Assembly (NCBI GenBank): GCA_963662405.2
Contig: CAXXKT010000003.1
Location: 64,001-128,000, forward strand
Length of the DNA: 64,000 nucleotides
Direction: 5' to 3'
From: Syntrophales bacterium
GTDB lineage: Bacteria > Desulfobacterota > Syntrophia > Syntrophales > UBA2210
A program made the translations under genes and the position numbers. The notes under the pieces were generated by a model. It was not told the origin of the DNA, did no database searches, and worked only from the letters and a program-made list of their open reading frames with translations. Positions 39,502-49,628 of this stretch are shown one piece after another (the first letter of the stretch is position 1; each line of letters begins with the position of its first letter).

Positions 39502-41334
39502 TTACGCATATTCATCCAACTCATCCCTGTTCTTGATAAAACCGAGGGCAACGGTAACGGCAAGGGCGCACACATAAAAGAGAGCCATTGCCTGCAACCC
39601 GCTGAGACCCAGGAGGCTCCCGCCGGTAAAGACGGCGGTGGCGGCCAGAGAGCCCAGAACAATGGGATAGACCGTTGCGAAGAGGGCCCACTTCGTACTC
39701 CCCGATTCCAGCCTCACCATGAGAAGGGTGGGGATGCAGGGGGGGTACATGGTCATGAAGAGTATCAGCGCCAGGGCATGGAGGGGGGTCCACCCCTTCT
39801 CCTTTTCCTTCATCCGGTCTTCGAGGGCCTTTTCTCCCTCTCCCAGGTCCGCCTGGTAGATGCTTCCCAGGGTCGCCACACTGTTCTCCTTGGCGGCGAA
39901 GGCGCTAATGAGGGCGATATTGACGCGCCAGTTGAAGCCCGCGTATTGAGTCACGGGCTCCATGGCGCGACCCACACGGCCCATGGCGCTGCCGATAATC
40001 GTCTCGTCCTTGATGTCCCGCCGGATACCGCTCCGTTCCCGGTGCAGGCTCTTGTATGCCGTGTTGACCTTCAGGGCGTCCCCGTCTTTGACGTTTGTGC
40101 CGCCCTCCGTGTACCTGCCCCGTTTGACGATCTTGAAGAAGTCATCATTTCGTGCCCGGAATTTCTCGTCCACGACCGCCTTCTTATCCGCACCTGTGGC
40201 GCCCATCTTCGCCTGTTTGTAGTCGTCATAGTAGTTGGCGAAGGCGACCAACCCCGACCCGGCGAGAAGCTTCGCATAGGGGTTCGTGTCCCCGATTTTT
40301 TTGAAGAAGGACGCGATATGTCGGTCTGCCTGCTCACCGAAATAGGCCTCCCGGTCCGCACCGATTCCGGGAAAGGTCATGAGGAGATAGATAATCAGGA
40401 CCACGATCATGACGATGGTGATGATCTTCTTGACGAAAAGCCAGGTCCGTTCCAGACAGCGGCGCAGGACCCCCTGCACCGTGGGCAGGTGATAGGCCGG
40501 CATCTCCAGGACAAAGGGGGCCGTTTCCACCCCCCTGAGCAGGGTCATGTTCAGGATCTTCGCTACGGCGAGTGCCGTAATAATGGTGATCGTGGAGATG
40601 AAAAACATGACAATCCCCTTGTGGGCGGCAAAGAACATCCCCACCAGGAGGATGTAGAGAGGGATCTTGGCCATGCAGTTCATGAGCGGACAGATCAGCA
40701 TGGTCGCCAGCTTCGCCTTTTCGTCCTTGATGATACGGCAGGCCATGACCCCCGGGATCGCGCACCCCCCGACGAAGATGCCGCTCAGTATCATGGGGAG
40801 GGCGGATTGCCCGTGGAGACCGAAATACCGGAAGATACGATCAAGGAGAAACGATACCCGGGCCATATACCCCGAGTCTTCCATAATCGCGATGAGGGCG
40901 AACAAGATCAGGAAGATGGGGATATAATTGAAGACCGCCATGATTCCGTCGATGACCCCCAGCGGTATGGTCCTGAGGAGGGGATCGAAGACAAATCCCG
41001 GGGAGGGGAGGGCGGATGCGATCAGATCCCTCGCAGCGGCAAGGAGGGGCCAGGTATACGCGGTGATCTTGTATCCTTGGACGATCGCGAGTTCATAGAA
41101 GAGATAGATGACCATGAGGAGGATCACCGGTCCGAAGAATCGGTGACAAACAACCTGGTCGATCCGGTCGGTAACCGTCCGGTGCATCTCCTTCTCCCTC
41201 CTGACGGTGAGCCCTATAATCTTTTCAGCGGTTTCGTAACGCCTGAGCGCAACGATCTTTTCCGGTTTTGTCTTATGCCCTGAAGAAAACTGTTCCCGCG
41301 CGGTTTCGGCGTGGGTGAGAATATCCATTGCCAT
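39502..41334 (-). CDS. feoB: FeoB C-terminal (membrane) portion, separate from the GTPase portion
   Basis: MEDSGYMAR, GCAIPGVMACR, PLMNCMAK, FVLEMPAYHLP, FAAKE and YPPCI. Confidence 0.85.
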   Translation of the reverse strand: MAMDILTHAETAREQFSSGHKTKPEKIVALRRYETAEKIIGLTVRREKEMHRTVTDRIDQVVCHRFFGPVILLMVIYLFYELAIVQGYKITAYTWPLLAAARDLIASALPSPGFVFDPLLRTIPLGVIDGIMAVFNYIPIFLILFALIAIMEDSGYMARVSFLLDRIFRYFGLHGQSALPMILSGIFVGGCAIPGVMACRIIKDEKAKLATMLICPLMNCMAKIPLYILLVGMFFAAHKGIVMFFISTITIITALAVAKILNMTLLRGVETAPFVLEMPAYHLPTVQGVLRRCLERTWLFVKKIITIVMIVVLIIYLLMTFPGIGADREAYFGEQADRHIASFFKKIGDTNPYAKLLAGSGLVAFANYYDDYKQAKMGATGADKKAVVDEKFRARNDDFFKIVKRGRYTEGGTNVKDGDALKVNTAYKSLHRERSGIRRDIKDETIIGSAMGRVGRAMEPVTQYAGFNWRVNIALISAFAAKENSVATLGSIYQADLGEGEKALEDRMKEKEKGWTPLHALALILFMTMYPPCIPTLLMVRLESGSTKWALFATVYPIVLGSLAATAVFTGGSLLGLSGLQAMALFYVCALAVTVALGFIKNRDELDEYA

Positions 41335-41335
41335 G

Positions 41336-42067
41336 CTACTCTTCCTCAACTTTCCGAACGAGGCTGCGCGCCTCGCTGTCGTTCTCCATCAGTTTTACCG
41401 CCAGCCATCGGGCCGGATACCGGGAAGAGATATGCTGATCTTCCCGGATCCTCTTCTCCAGAGGGGCGAGGAGTGATTCCATATCCTTTCCGTAATCGAT
41501 CCGAAAGGACCCGTCTTTCTGCGGGACCCCCGCGCAGGGGCCGCAGCCCACACATCCCCTGCCTTGATGACCATCCCGGTACGTGTTCAGGATCGCCTCC
41601 TTGATCTCCGCGCCGCCTCTGCTCTTCTTCCCCACGGTGGGGATGACCGGAACGCACAGCAACTCGCTCAGTTTTCGTGTGTCGATGGCGAGGCCGCGGT
41701 CCTTCGCCACATCCATCATGTTCAGGGCGACCACCAGGGGAATCCCCATCTCCCCGAGTTGAAAGGTCAGATAGAGGTTGCGCTCCAGATTCGCGGCATC
41801 CACGATGTTGAGGACGACGGCGGGTCGTTCGTGGAGGAGAAAATCGCGGGCGACCTTTTCCTCCTGGCTGTACGAGGTCAGGCTGTAGGTGCCCGGAAGA
41901 TCGACCAGCACCACCGTATCCCCCTGGTAGGCATAGCGCCCGATCTTTTTTTCCACGGTCACACCGGGATAGTTGGCCACATGCTGACGCGCGCCGGTCA
42001 GCATATTGAAGATCGTTGATTTGCCGGAATTGGGCTGGCCGGCCACCGCCACGGTTATCTCGCTCAT
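41336..42067 (-). CDS. feoB: FeoB N-terminal GTPase portion (ends in TAG; continuation is in another frame)
   Basis: GQPNSGKS, NYPGVTVE, DLPG and NMMD G-motifs; Cys insert GCVGCGPC. Confidence 0.85.
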   Translation of the reverse strand: MSEITVAVAGQPNSGKSTIFNMLTGARQHVANYPGVTVEKKIGRYAYQGDTVVLVDLPGTYSLTSYSQEEKVARDFLLHERPAVVLNIVDAANLERNLYLTFQLGEMGIPLVVALNMMDVAKDRGLAIDTRKLSELLCVPVIPTVGKKSRGGAEIKEAILNTYRDGHQGRGCVGCGPCAGVPQKDGSFRIDYGKDMESLLAPLEKRIREDQHISSRYPARWLAVKLMENDSEARSLVRKVEEE

Positions 42068-42288
42068 GGTTTTTTCACCTCCACACCCCTGGCCTCGCTG
42101 TGCCGGATACTGACATGATATCCCCGCAACTGAAGGTCGACGGGATCAACCAGGGGGGCGTTGCACACAACCTTCACCGTGGTTCCCGGCATGAACCCCA
42201 TATCCATCAGGCGCTGTCCCGTCGCGCCGTCCACATGCACATCCACGATGCGGCATTCATCCCCGGGTTTCATATCGTCCAATGTCAT
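42064..42288 (-). CDS. feoA: Ferrous iron transport protein FeoA
   Basis: RLMDMGFMPG...APLVDP...SIRHSEA. Confidence 0.93.
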   Translation of the reverse strand: MTLDDMKPGDECRIVDVHVDGATGQRLMDMGFMPGTTVKVVCNAPLVDPVDLQLRGYHVSIRHSEARGVEVKKP

Positions 42289-42343
42289 ACTGGTGTCCTC
42301 CTGTAAAAATGAACGGGTATCAAAGATAACCGTCCCGTTGAAT

Positions 42344-42380
42344 TGTTAGCACAACCATATAATATTAGATCGATCTAACA
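42344..42380. promoter_or_regulatory. Conserved upstream module with perfect palindrome TTAGATCGATCTAA (42365-42378), putative DtxR operator
   Basis: The module recurs at 42721-42757 upstream of the other feoA. Confidence 0.7.
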
Positions 42381-42447
42381 ATATGACCAAAAAAATTACC
42401 CCCGGATATGCCGCACGCATACACCGGGTGTCCATCGTTCGGCTCTG

Positions 42448-42693
42448 TCAGAACCGTCCATTGTCCGAGACCATGATCCTTTGAGCCATGCCCGCACCAA
42501 TGGCCAGGCGCGCCTCTTTGACGCCGAGAATAAAAGGGCCCGGAGCGCCGCGTCGTATCACCTCAATCTCCGATCCCGGTCCCAGTCCCATACTGGTCAA
42601 TCGTTCCTGCATCCCCCGTCCGCCGGCGAGGGACAGGATTTTGACTCGTTTCCCCAACGCCGCCATGGGCAGCGGTATGATGTTCGCTTCCAT
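42448..42693 (-). CDS. feoA: Ferrous iron transport protein FeoA (second copy)
   Basis: RLTSMGLGPG...GP...RLAIGAGMAQRI. Confidence 0.93.
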   Translation of the reverse strand: MEANIIPLPMAALGKRVKILSLAGGRGMQERLTSMGLGPGSEIEVIRRGAPGPFILGVKEARLAIGAGMAQRIMVSDNGRF

Positions 42694-42720
42694 ATGTGAT
42701 CACCACGCTCCTTTATATTA

Positions 42721-42757
42721 TGTTAGAACAAGAACATAATATTAGATCTGTCAAACA
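42721..42757. promoter_or_regulatory. Second copy of the feoA upstream module (TTAGATCTGTCAAA)
   Basis: tgttagaacaagaacataatattagatctgtcaaaca versus tgttagcacaaccatataatattagatcgatctaaca. Confidence 0.65.
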
Positions 42758-42773
42758 TTACGTTCAAAAAAAA

Positions 42774-43301
42774 TCATTCTCCCTTATCTTCGAGTTTCTT
42801 TACTTCCGCGTCGAATTTCTCTTCAAAGACCCTCATCTGTTGCAGGCAAAGAGCCTCATCGCGGCCATGTTTCTGGTACTGATCGAACCTGCGGAGCCAG
42901 TCGGAACCGCTTCGAGGACAGGTCTCGATGAACTCGACGAATTTTACCAATTTCTCCATCGTCACGGGGCTGACCGTATGTTCCATCTTGCAGGCATCTT
43001 CTTCCGCTGTCGCTGGCTCAATGATCAGTATATCGGTCAAAAATTTCTTCAGGACGGTATGACGGTTATACACGTCCTCGGCGATCTTCCTGCCCTTTCG
43101 GGTCAACGCCACGTATTCGTACTTTTCGTGGTTGACCAGATTTTTTCCCTTCAGGTTTTCCAGCATGCTCGTGACCGTGGGCATCTTGACGTGCATCCTG
43201 GCGGCGATATCCTTCACCCTGACATGTTTCTTCTCCCTGTCGAGCTTGAGGATACTTTCGAGATAATCCTCCATGATCGCGCTGAGCTCACTGTTTTCCA
43301 T
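42774..43301 (-). CDS. DtxR/MntR-family metal-dependent repressor
   Basis: MEDYLESI...VRVKDIA...PTVTSML...RH..LKKFL...EEDACKMEH. Confidence 0.95.
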   Translation of the reverse strand: MENSELSAIMEDYLESILKLDREKKHVRVKDIAARMHVKMPTVTSMLENLKGKNLVNHEKYEYVALTRKGRKIAEDVYNRHTVLKKFLTDILIIEPATAEEDACKMEHTVSPVTMEKLVKFVEFIETCPRSGSDWLRRFDQYQKHGRDEALCLQQMRVFEEKFDAEVKKLEDKGE

Positions 43302-43340
43302 GATGTCACCTCGTAACCCCGAACTTCCGCCTCCACTTTG

Positions 43341-43362
43341 CAAGTTAGATCAACTGAACTTG
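43341..43362. promoter_or_regulatory. Putative autoregulatory operator CAAGTTAGATCAACTGAACTTG
   Basis: Inverted repeat containing the TTAGATC half-site, 40 bp upstream of the dtxR ATG. Confidence 0.55.
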
Positions 43363-43697
43363 GTGAGGTATATCTATTTATTCCGATGCTGTCAATGTTT
43401 TTTTCAGAAAAGTGTCGTAATGCGAGAAAAAGGGTATCATTATATACTGTTAGTCTTTTGGCTGATAGCGCGGCGACGTCCGACCAGTCATCTTCGTCCC
43501 CGTCCGGGACGTTCGTTCCGCTTCACACTTTTCCTTCGAAACCGTGGTCAACCGCACGGAGGGGATTATCCACCGGAAAGATCAAACTACCAGTTCGGAA
43601 ACGATCCCAATGGATGTGTCATCACGATGAAAGAGGGTTTACGCTCGGGCCAATTTGCGGTATAGAACGGCAGATTCACGGAAACGACGGGGTCTTT

Positions 43698-44999
43698 ATG
43701 GCGGTCATAGGAACTATTGAGGGCAAATTCACCCGGAGGAACGGTTGCAGATGTTGTTCCTTCTTGCTGTATGTCGTGATGGTTGGCGTGCTGGTGGGGC
43801 TGACCGGGAATTTCTCACATGCAACCTTCTTTTCTGCCGCGCGTCCCGGTTCCTCCGAAGTCGGGAATATCGCACGAGGGGCGATCCCGGAACCGATCCT
43901 CACGTTCACCCGTACCATCAAGGCCGGTGATACCCTCAGCGCTATTTTTGACAGGTATCATATCAGTACGCGTGTTCTGCTTCAGCTTCTCTCGGCGGAC
44001 GAATCGATTCTCGCCCTGGATGTCTTGCGTCCCGGTCACCGATTGACCTTTACGCTCGATCAGGAAAATCGCAGTCTGGTGAGTATGAAACTGCTCATAC
44101 ATCCCGGAAAGAGTGTCATATACAAGCGTGTTGACGATTGCACCTTTGAATACGAAGAGGTCATTACTCCCGGTACGTGGGAAGAGGAACTCCTTGACGG
44201 TACCATATCCAGTAGCTTCTATCAGTCCGCGCGGAGCGCCGGGCTGACCGATCACGAAACCGGCACCATTATCGAACTCTTCCGTGACCAGATTCAATTT
44301 ACCCGTCGTATCCGTGTCGGTGACCGTTTTCAGGTCATTCGCAGCCGTCAGTTTATCGACGGTGTCTTCACCGGTCAGAGTCGTATCGAGGGGGTTCGTA
44401 TTTTCCGTGGCTCGCGTGTCTATAGTGTTTTTCTCTTTGATGACGGAAACTACTATGACAGTGAGGGGGACAGCTTGGAACGCGCCTTACGGCGGTATCC
44501 CATGGCAGGTCATTACCGGGTCTCTTCGCGCTTCAACCCGGCGCGTCGCCACCCGATCACGAACCGTATCGTACCGCATTACGGCGTGGATTTCGCCATG
44601 CCTTCAGGGACATCGGTTCTCTCTATCGGTGATGGTGTCGTTACCCGTATTCACAAGCATCCGTTTGCCGGCATCTACCTCGAGATCCGGCACGGCAGTC
44701 ATTATGCCTCCCGCTATCTGCACCTGAGCCGGGTCTTGGTGAGGCGCGGACAGACGGTGAAGCGTGGCGACCGGATCGCATTGTCCGGAAGTACGGGTCG
44801 CTCTACTGCGCCGCACCTGCATTATGAACTCCATATCGGGGGTCGTCCGGTGAACCCATTAACCGCAAAAATCCCGACCCGGGTGGCTGTTCCCGGCACA
44901 AGGCGTGAGGCGTTCAACCGTCGGGTTGCGGAGCTGGTGGCGACCATGGAGCAATCGTCGCGGAAACTCGCCCTGCGTCATACGAAGGATCGTTCCTGA
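43698..44999 (+). CDS. mepM: M23-family murein DD-endopeptidase (MepM/YebA-like)
   Basis: LysM/OapA-like GDTLS, HYGVDF, YLHLS and TGRSTAPHLHYE; start uncertain. Confidence 0.88.
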   Translation: MAVIGTIEGKFTRRNGCRCCSFLLYVVMVGVLVGLTGNFSHATFFSAARPGSSEVGNIARGAIPEPILTFTRTIKAGDTLSAIFDRYHISTRVLLQLLSADESILALDVLRPGHRLTFTLDQENRSLVSMKLLIHPGKSVIYKRVDDCTFEYEEVITPGTWEEELLDGTISSSFYQSARSAGLTDHETGTIIELFRDQIQFTRRIRVGDRFQVIRSRQFIDGVFTGQSRIEGVRIFRGSRVYSVFLFDDGNYYDSEGDSLERALRRYPMAGHYRVSSRFNPARRHPITNRIVPHYGVDFAMPSGTSVLSIGDGVVTRIHKHPFAGIYLEIRHGSHYASRYLHLSRVLVRRGQTVKRGDRIALSGSTGRSTAPHLHYELHIGGRPVNPLTAKIPTRVAVPGTRREAFNRRVAELVATMEQSSRKLALRHTKDRS

Positions 45000-45336
45000 A
45001 TGCGATCTTTGCCCTGAAAAAGTATGAAAATGGTCGTATATAAACCCCGGTTGTTTCTTACAAAAAAGCGTATGCCGCGTATCATCCGATAATCTCGTAT
45101 TCTGATACAGGAGGGGAGATATTTCATGTCGTTGTATCGATTGTCCTGTTGACCGGTAGTTCCGTGATACGCGGGTATATCTCAGTGAGTGGTCAGTCGC
45201 CGCCGCAGACCGATCGTGACCCGAGCGTTATCGGTTCCGGCAGGGGCGAACTCTCGGCGGCGATTCCGCAAGCTTGACCGTGGCCTCGACCGGTTTCTGA
45301 AAACCGCGGGTGGAAAAGAGAGGGGAAGCGCTCTTA

Positions 45337-46059
45337 TTAAATGACTTTGCCGAGGAAGCTCTTGGTCCGGTCGTGTTTTGGGTTGGTGAAGATCTCCTCC
45401 GGCGTATCCTCTTCGATGATTACCCCTTCATCCATGAAGATGACCCGATCGGCCACCTCGCGGGCAAACCCCATCTCGTGGGTGACGACCACCATCGTCA
45501 TGCCCTCTTTCCCCAGTTGTTTCATCACCTCGAGGACCTCACCCACCAGCTCCGGGTCCAGGGCGCTCGTCGGCTCGTCGAAGAGGAGCACCTTGGGCCG
45601 TAACGCCAGGGACCGCGCGATGGCGACGCGCTGCTTCTGGCCGCCGCTGAGGTGGTCCGGATAGGTCGACGCCTTGTCCTCCAGCCCCACCTTGGTCAGG
45701 AGTTCCATCCCCAGTTTCTTCGCTTCCTTATGCCTCATCTTCCGGACCTTGATCGGCCCGATCGTGACGTTCTCAAGGGCGGTCATGTGGGGGAAGAGGT
45801 TGAACTGCTGAAAGACCATCCCCGCCTCGGTGCGGACAAAATTCAGGTCCGTTTTCTTGTCCATGACGTCCTGCCCGTCGACGATAACCGTCCCCGATGT
45901 GACCTTCTCGAGGCGGTTGATGCAGCGAAGGAGGGTACTCTTCCCGGAACCGCTCGGTCCCATGATGACCGTCACGTCCCCCACCGCTATGTCGAGATCG
46001 ATCCCTTTCAGGACCTCGAGATCCCCGAAACTCTTGTGCAGATTCTTGATTTGTATCAT
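45337..46059 (-). CDS. glnQ: Polar amino-acid (glutamine) ABC transporter ATP-binding subunit
   Basis: [27 protein letters not shown]. Confidence 0.92.
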   Translation of the reverse strand: MIQIKNLHKSFGDLEVLKGIDLDIAVGDVTVIMGPSGSGKSTLLRCINRLEKVTSGTVIVDGQDVMDKKTDLNFVRTEAGMVFQQFNLFPHMTALENVTIGPIKVRKMRHKEAKKLGMELLTKVGLEDKASTYPDHLSGGQKQRVAIARSLALRPKVLLFDEPTSALDPELVGEVLEVMKQLGKEGMTMVVVTHEMGFAREVADRVIFMDEGVIIEEDTPEEIFTNPKHDRTKSFLGKVI

Positions 46060-46727
46060 GCCCGGATCTCCAGCCTTCGTTCCATCAGGTTGAGGACCTT
46101 GGCGATGGACATGGTCACGATGAAGTACATCACGGCCACCGTGAGCCAGATTTCGAAGGCCCTGAAATTAGACGCGATGATCTCCTGCCCCGTGCGGGTC
46201 AGTTCTCCGACCCCGACCACCACCAGGAGAGAGGTATCCTTGAGGCTGATGATGAACTGGTTTCCCAGGGGAGGAATCATGCGCCGGAAGGCCTGCGGCC
46301 AGATAATGTAGAGGAGGGTCTGCAGGTGCGACAGGCCTATGGAGCGCCCGGCCTCGGTCTGCCCCCGGTCGATGGACTGGAAGGCTCCCCGGACGATCTC
46401 GGCGATGTAGGCGCCCGAATTGATCCCGATAGCCGTGATACCCGCTATCATCGGCGCGACCCGCATGTCGAGGGCGAGCGGGAGCCCGAAGTAGATGAAC
46501 ATCACCTGGACCATGATCGGCGTTCCCCTGATGCTCTCCACATAGATCCCACCTATTTTCCGGACAAGGACGTTCCGGGAGATCTTCATCAGTCCCGTAA
46601 CGGTCCCCAGAAAAAAGCCCGCGAGCAGGCCGAAGAGGGTAATTAAAAGGGTAAGCTTCAACCCGGTGAGTAAAAAGGGGATAGACTCCCAAATGACTTG
46701 GAAATTAAAATCGAATCCGGTTCCCAT
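46056..46727 (-). CDS. glnP: Polar amino-acid (glutamine) ABC transporter permease
   Basis: [14 protein letters not shown]...GQTEAG, SLKDTSL. Confidence 0.92.
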   Translation of the reverse strand: MGTGFDFNFQVIWESIPFLLTGLKLTLLITLFGLLAGFFLGTVTGLMKISRNVLVRKIGGIYVESIRGTPIMVQVMFIYFGLPLALDMRVAPMIAGITAIGINSGAYIAEIVRGAFQSIDRGQTEAGRSIGLSHLQTLLYIIWPQAFRRMIPPLGNQFIISLKDTSLLVVVGVGELTRTGQEIIASNFRAFEIWLTVAVMYFIVTMSIAKVLNLMERRLEIRA

Positions 46728-46759
46728 GGCGATAATTCCTTTGTTGGAGATGGCCCTTT

Positions 46760-46792
46760 ATAAAGGGACCTCCCGGTGAGAGGCCCCTTTAT
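46760..46792. terminator. Stem-loop between glnH and glnP (attenuating or mRNA-stabilising)
   Basis: ATAAAGGG-ACCTC...GAGG-CCCCTTTAT imperfect inverted repeat. Confidence 0.5.
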
Positions 46793-46892
46793 GCATATGG
46801 TGGAAGATAGCGGAGGAAAAGAAGGGTGGTCAATGAGATTACATAATCTTTTTTCTCGTTGTTGCTTGACATGTACCCTGCGTGATCGCCAT

Positions 46893-47633
46893 CTATTGGG
46901 GGGTTACCCCGAACCATTTTTTGTACAGCTTGGCGTATGATCCGTCTTCTATGAACTTGAGCAGTGCGACATTGACCTTGTCCCGCAGGTCGCTTCCCTG
47001 TGGAAACGCGATGCCGTACGATTGTCCCTGATAGAGGGGGCCCACCGTCTTGACCTTTCCTTTGCCCTGATTCTTGGCATAGTAGAGAAGGGGAGGCGAG
47101 TCGAAAAACACGGCATCCACACCGCCGGAGATGAGTTCCATGAAGAGGTTGTCCGTATTGGGGAGGAGTTTCACTTCCTTTGTGGGGACTGATTTCAGAA
47201 AGTCTACGCTGGTGGTTCCCAGCTTCGTGGCGACCACCTTGCCCTCCAGGTCTTCTATCACCTTGATATCTTTGTTGTCGGCCTTCACGAGCATGATGAG
47301 TCCCGAATCGTAATAGGGGTGGGAAAAGTCGACGACCTTTTCACGGTCGGATTTGATGGTGATTCCCGCGATGGCCGCATCGATGTTTTTCGACTGAAGG
47401 CCGGGAATAATCCCGTTGAAATCCATAGTCTGCCATTTGAAATCGATGCCGATCTCCTTGGCGATCGCCTCGAACAGCTCCACGTCGAACCCGGTCAGTT
47501 CCCCGTTGACCTTGAATTCGAACGGCATAAAGTTGGCATCGACCCCTACGATCAGGTCTTTTGCCCCCGCCATGCCTGTAACGCATACCAAAAGCATGAA
47601 AACAGTCACTGCAGTTGTAAAGATCTTCTTCAT
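46893..47633 (-). CDS. glnH: Glutamine-type ABC substrate-binding protein
   Basis: Signal peptide, FMPFEF, GFDVEL, DFSHPYYDSG, YGIAFP and KKWFG. Confidence 0.9.
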   Translation of the reverse strand: MKKIFTTAVTVFMLLVCVTGMAGAKDLIVGVDANFMPFEFKVNGELTGFDVELFEAIAKEIGIDFKWQTMDFNGIIPGLQSKNIDAAIAGITIKSDREKVVDFSHPYYDSGLIMLVKADNKDIKVIEDLEGKVVATKLGTTSVDFLKSVPTKEVKLLPNTDNLFMELISGGVDAVFFDSPPLLYYAKNQGKGKVKTVGPLYQGQSYGIAFPQGSDLRDKVNVALLKFIEDGSYAKLYKKWFGVTPQ

Positions 47634-47864
47634 GTTATCCTCCAATTCCGGTTGGTGGTTCATAAACCCGTTCCCCGTACCATACAGGCAACAACATGTA
47701 CCCAATCCTTAACAAGATCAGCCAAAGAAGTCAAATTTTCGACTGATAGCTCAGTAATAACGGTTATTTTAAAGGCACCAGAGGGGCCGTTGCCCCCCTT
47801 TTACCTGTTGACGGGCGTCAAAAATTGTGCAAGATTGCCACCGTAAAAGGAGGGAAACACGACT

Positions 47865-48845
47865 ATGATCGAAGAAATTCTTCCCAATCTCTACCGCGCG
47901 GAGATTCCCCTTCCCCGCAGTCCGCTGAAGTGGCTGAACAGCTATATCGTCAGGGGGGAAGACCGGTTCCTGATCATCGACACGGGTTTTAATCGTGAAG
48001 AATGTCTGAGCGCGATGAACGACGCCATCCGGGAGATCGGTGTCGATCTGGAGAGGACCGATTTTTTCATTACCCACCTCCACGTGGATCACATGGGGCT
48101 GGTGAGTACGCTTGCCTCGGACAAGGCCACGGTCTATTTCAATGAGGTGGAGGCGAGGCATTTCGCCGACCAGGGGGCGGGGGAGGGACACTGGCATGAG
48201 ATCCTGGACGTCTACATCGAAAATGGGTTCGAGGCCGCGGGCGCTCGTACCTCTCTGAACAGCCACCCGGCGCACAAGTACGGTCCCGACCGGCAGATCG
48301 CCTTCACCTGTGTGAACGACGGCGACACGATAGACATGGGCGATTTCCACTTCCGGTGCGTGGCAACCCCCGGCCATTCCCCGGGACACATGTGCCTGTA
48401 CGAGGCGGACAAGAAGATCCTGGTCGCCGGCGACCATGTTCTCTTCGATATCACGCCCAACATTGCCTACTGGGTGGAGATGGAAGACGCCCTGGGCGAC
48501 TACCTGGCCAGTCTTGAGAAGGTCGACGCCCTCGATGTGGAACTCGTCCTGACGGGGCACCGCCGTTTGGTGCACGATCTTCACGGAAGAGTGAGAGAAC
48601 TCCAGGAACACCACCGGGCCCGGCTGCAGGAAGTCCTGGCTGCCCTGAAGGACGGAGAGAAGAACATCCTCCAGATCGCCCCTCACATCAACTGGGACAT
48701 CACCGCCGAGACATGGGAGGAATTTCCGGCACCGCAGAAGTGGTTCGCCTTCGGGGAAACTATGGCTCACGTCAAGTGCCTTGAAATAAAGGGAGAAATA
48801 CAAGGCAACAAGCGCAACGGCACGATAACCTATTCTCTGGCCTGA
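47865..48845 (+). CDS. MBL-fold metallo-hydrolase
   Basis: THLHVDHMG, TPGHSPGH, GDH. Confidence 0.92.
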   Translation: MIEEILPNLYRAEIPLPRSPLKWLNSYIVRGEDRFLIIDTGFNREECLSAMNDAIREIGVDLERTDFFITHLHVDHMGLVSTLASDKATVYFNEVEARHFADQGAGEGHWHEILDVYIENGFEAAGARTSLNSHPAHKYGPDRQIAFTCVNDGDTIDMGDFHFRCVATPGHSPGHMCLYEADKKILVAGDHVLFDITPNIAYWVEMEDALGDYLASLEKVDALDVELVLTGHRRLVHDLHGRVRELQEHHRARLQEVLAALKDGEKNILQIAPHINWDITAETWEEFPAPQKWFAFGETMAHVKCLEIKGEIQGNKRNGTITYSLA

Positions 48846-48876
48846 CCGCTTCTGCCCGCTCGACAGGAGAAAAATC

Positions 48877-49617
48877 ATGAGAAGAACATTCACGTCCATT
48901 TTTCTTGTTGTCGTCGTATCATTTTTCTGCATGATCCCTGCCGCGGACGCGGGCAGGGAGGTCATCTATGCCTTTGATGCGGATTATCCCCCCCATACCT
49001 CTGTGAAGGACGGCGTGCCCGTCGGCTTCGACATCGAGGTCCTGCAGGCGATCGTCAGGGGAAAGGATGTAAAGGTTACATACCGCCCGATGCAGTGGGC
49101 CGATGCCCAGGAGGCGTTGAAAAAGGGAACGGTCCATATGACCTCGGGGATGGCGAAGACGCCGGAACGGGAAAAGCTGTTCTGCTTTCCCGACCTGCCG
49201 GTGAGTGACTTCAGGACCACGCTCTTTTCAACGGAAAGGGGAGGGGTCCGGTCGCTGCATGACGCGCGCGATGCATCAAAGACCGTCGCCACCCAGCGCG
49301 GATCGCTCTATCAGAGGCTCCTGGAGAAAGAAGGGATACGGCCGACCCTCTACGAAACGGAGGCCGATGCCCTGATCTCCTTGGCGGAAGGGAAGGCAGA
49401 CGCCTTCGCGGGCTCCGAAAAGACCGCCTGGTACAATATGACCCGCCATGGTCTTTCCGGCATATTCCCGGTGGGGACTCCCCTCATGGCATCCTCGGTC
49501 TATTATGTCATCCGGAAAGGGGACCCCGGGCTCCTGTCGGTGATCAACGAAGGACTGCGCGCGATCATTGCCGACGGTACCTACGACACCCTCTACCACG
49601 AGTGGTTTGGAAAGTAG
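48877..49617 (+). CDS. Family-3 extracellular solute-binding protein
   Basis: DYPP, GFDIE, DGTYDTLYHEWFG. Confidence 0.88.
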   Translation: MRRTFTSIFLVVVVSFFCMIPAADAGREVIYAFDADYPPHTSVKDGVPVGFDIEVLQAIVRGKDVKVTYRPMQWADAQEALKKGTVHMTSGMAKTPEREKLFCFPDLPVSDFRTTLFSTERGGVRSLHDARDASKTVATQRGSLYQRLLEKEGIRPTLYETEADALISLAEGKADAFAGSEKTAWYNMTRHGLSGIFPVGTPLMASSVYYVIRKGDPGLLSVINEGLRAIIADGTYDTLYHEWFGK

Positions 49618-49628
49618 AAAAATCTGCC

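Noticed and set aside
39490..41283. 597-aa plus-strand ORF
   Set aside because: Antisense to feoB.
43338..43697. N-terminal extension of the M23 ORF from TTG 43338
   Set aside because: It overlaps the dtxR promoter/operator and looks non-coding; a later ATG before the TM segment is more plausible.
47769..48965. 398-aa minus-strand ORF
   Set aside because: Antisense to the MBL hydrolase.
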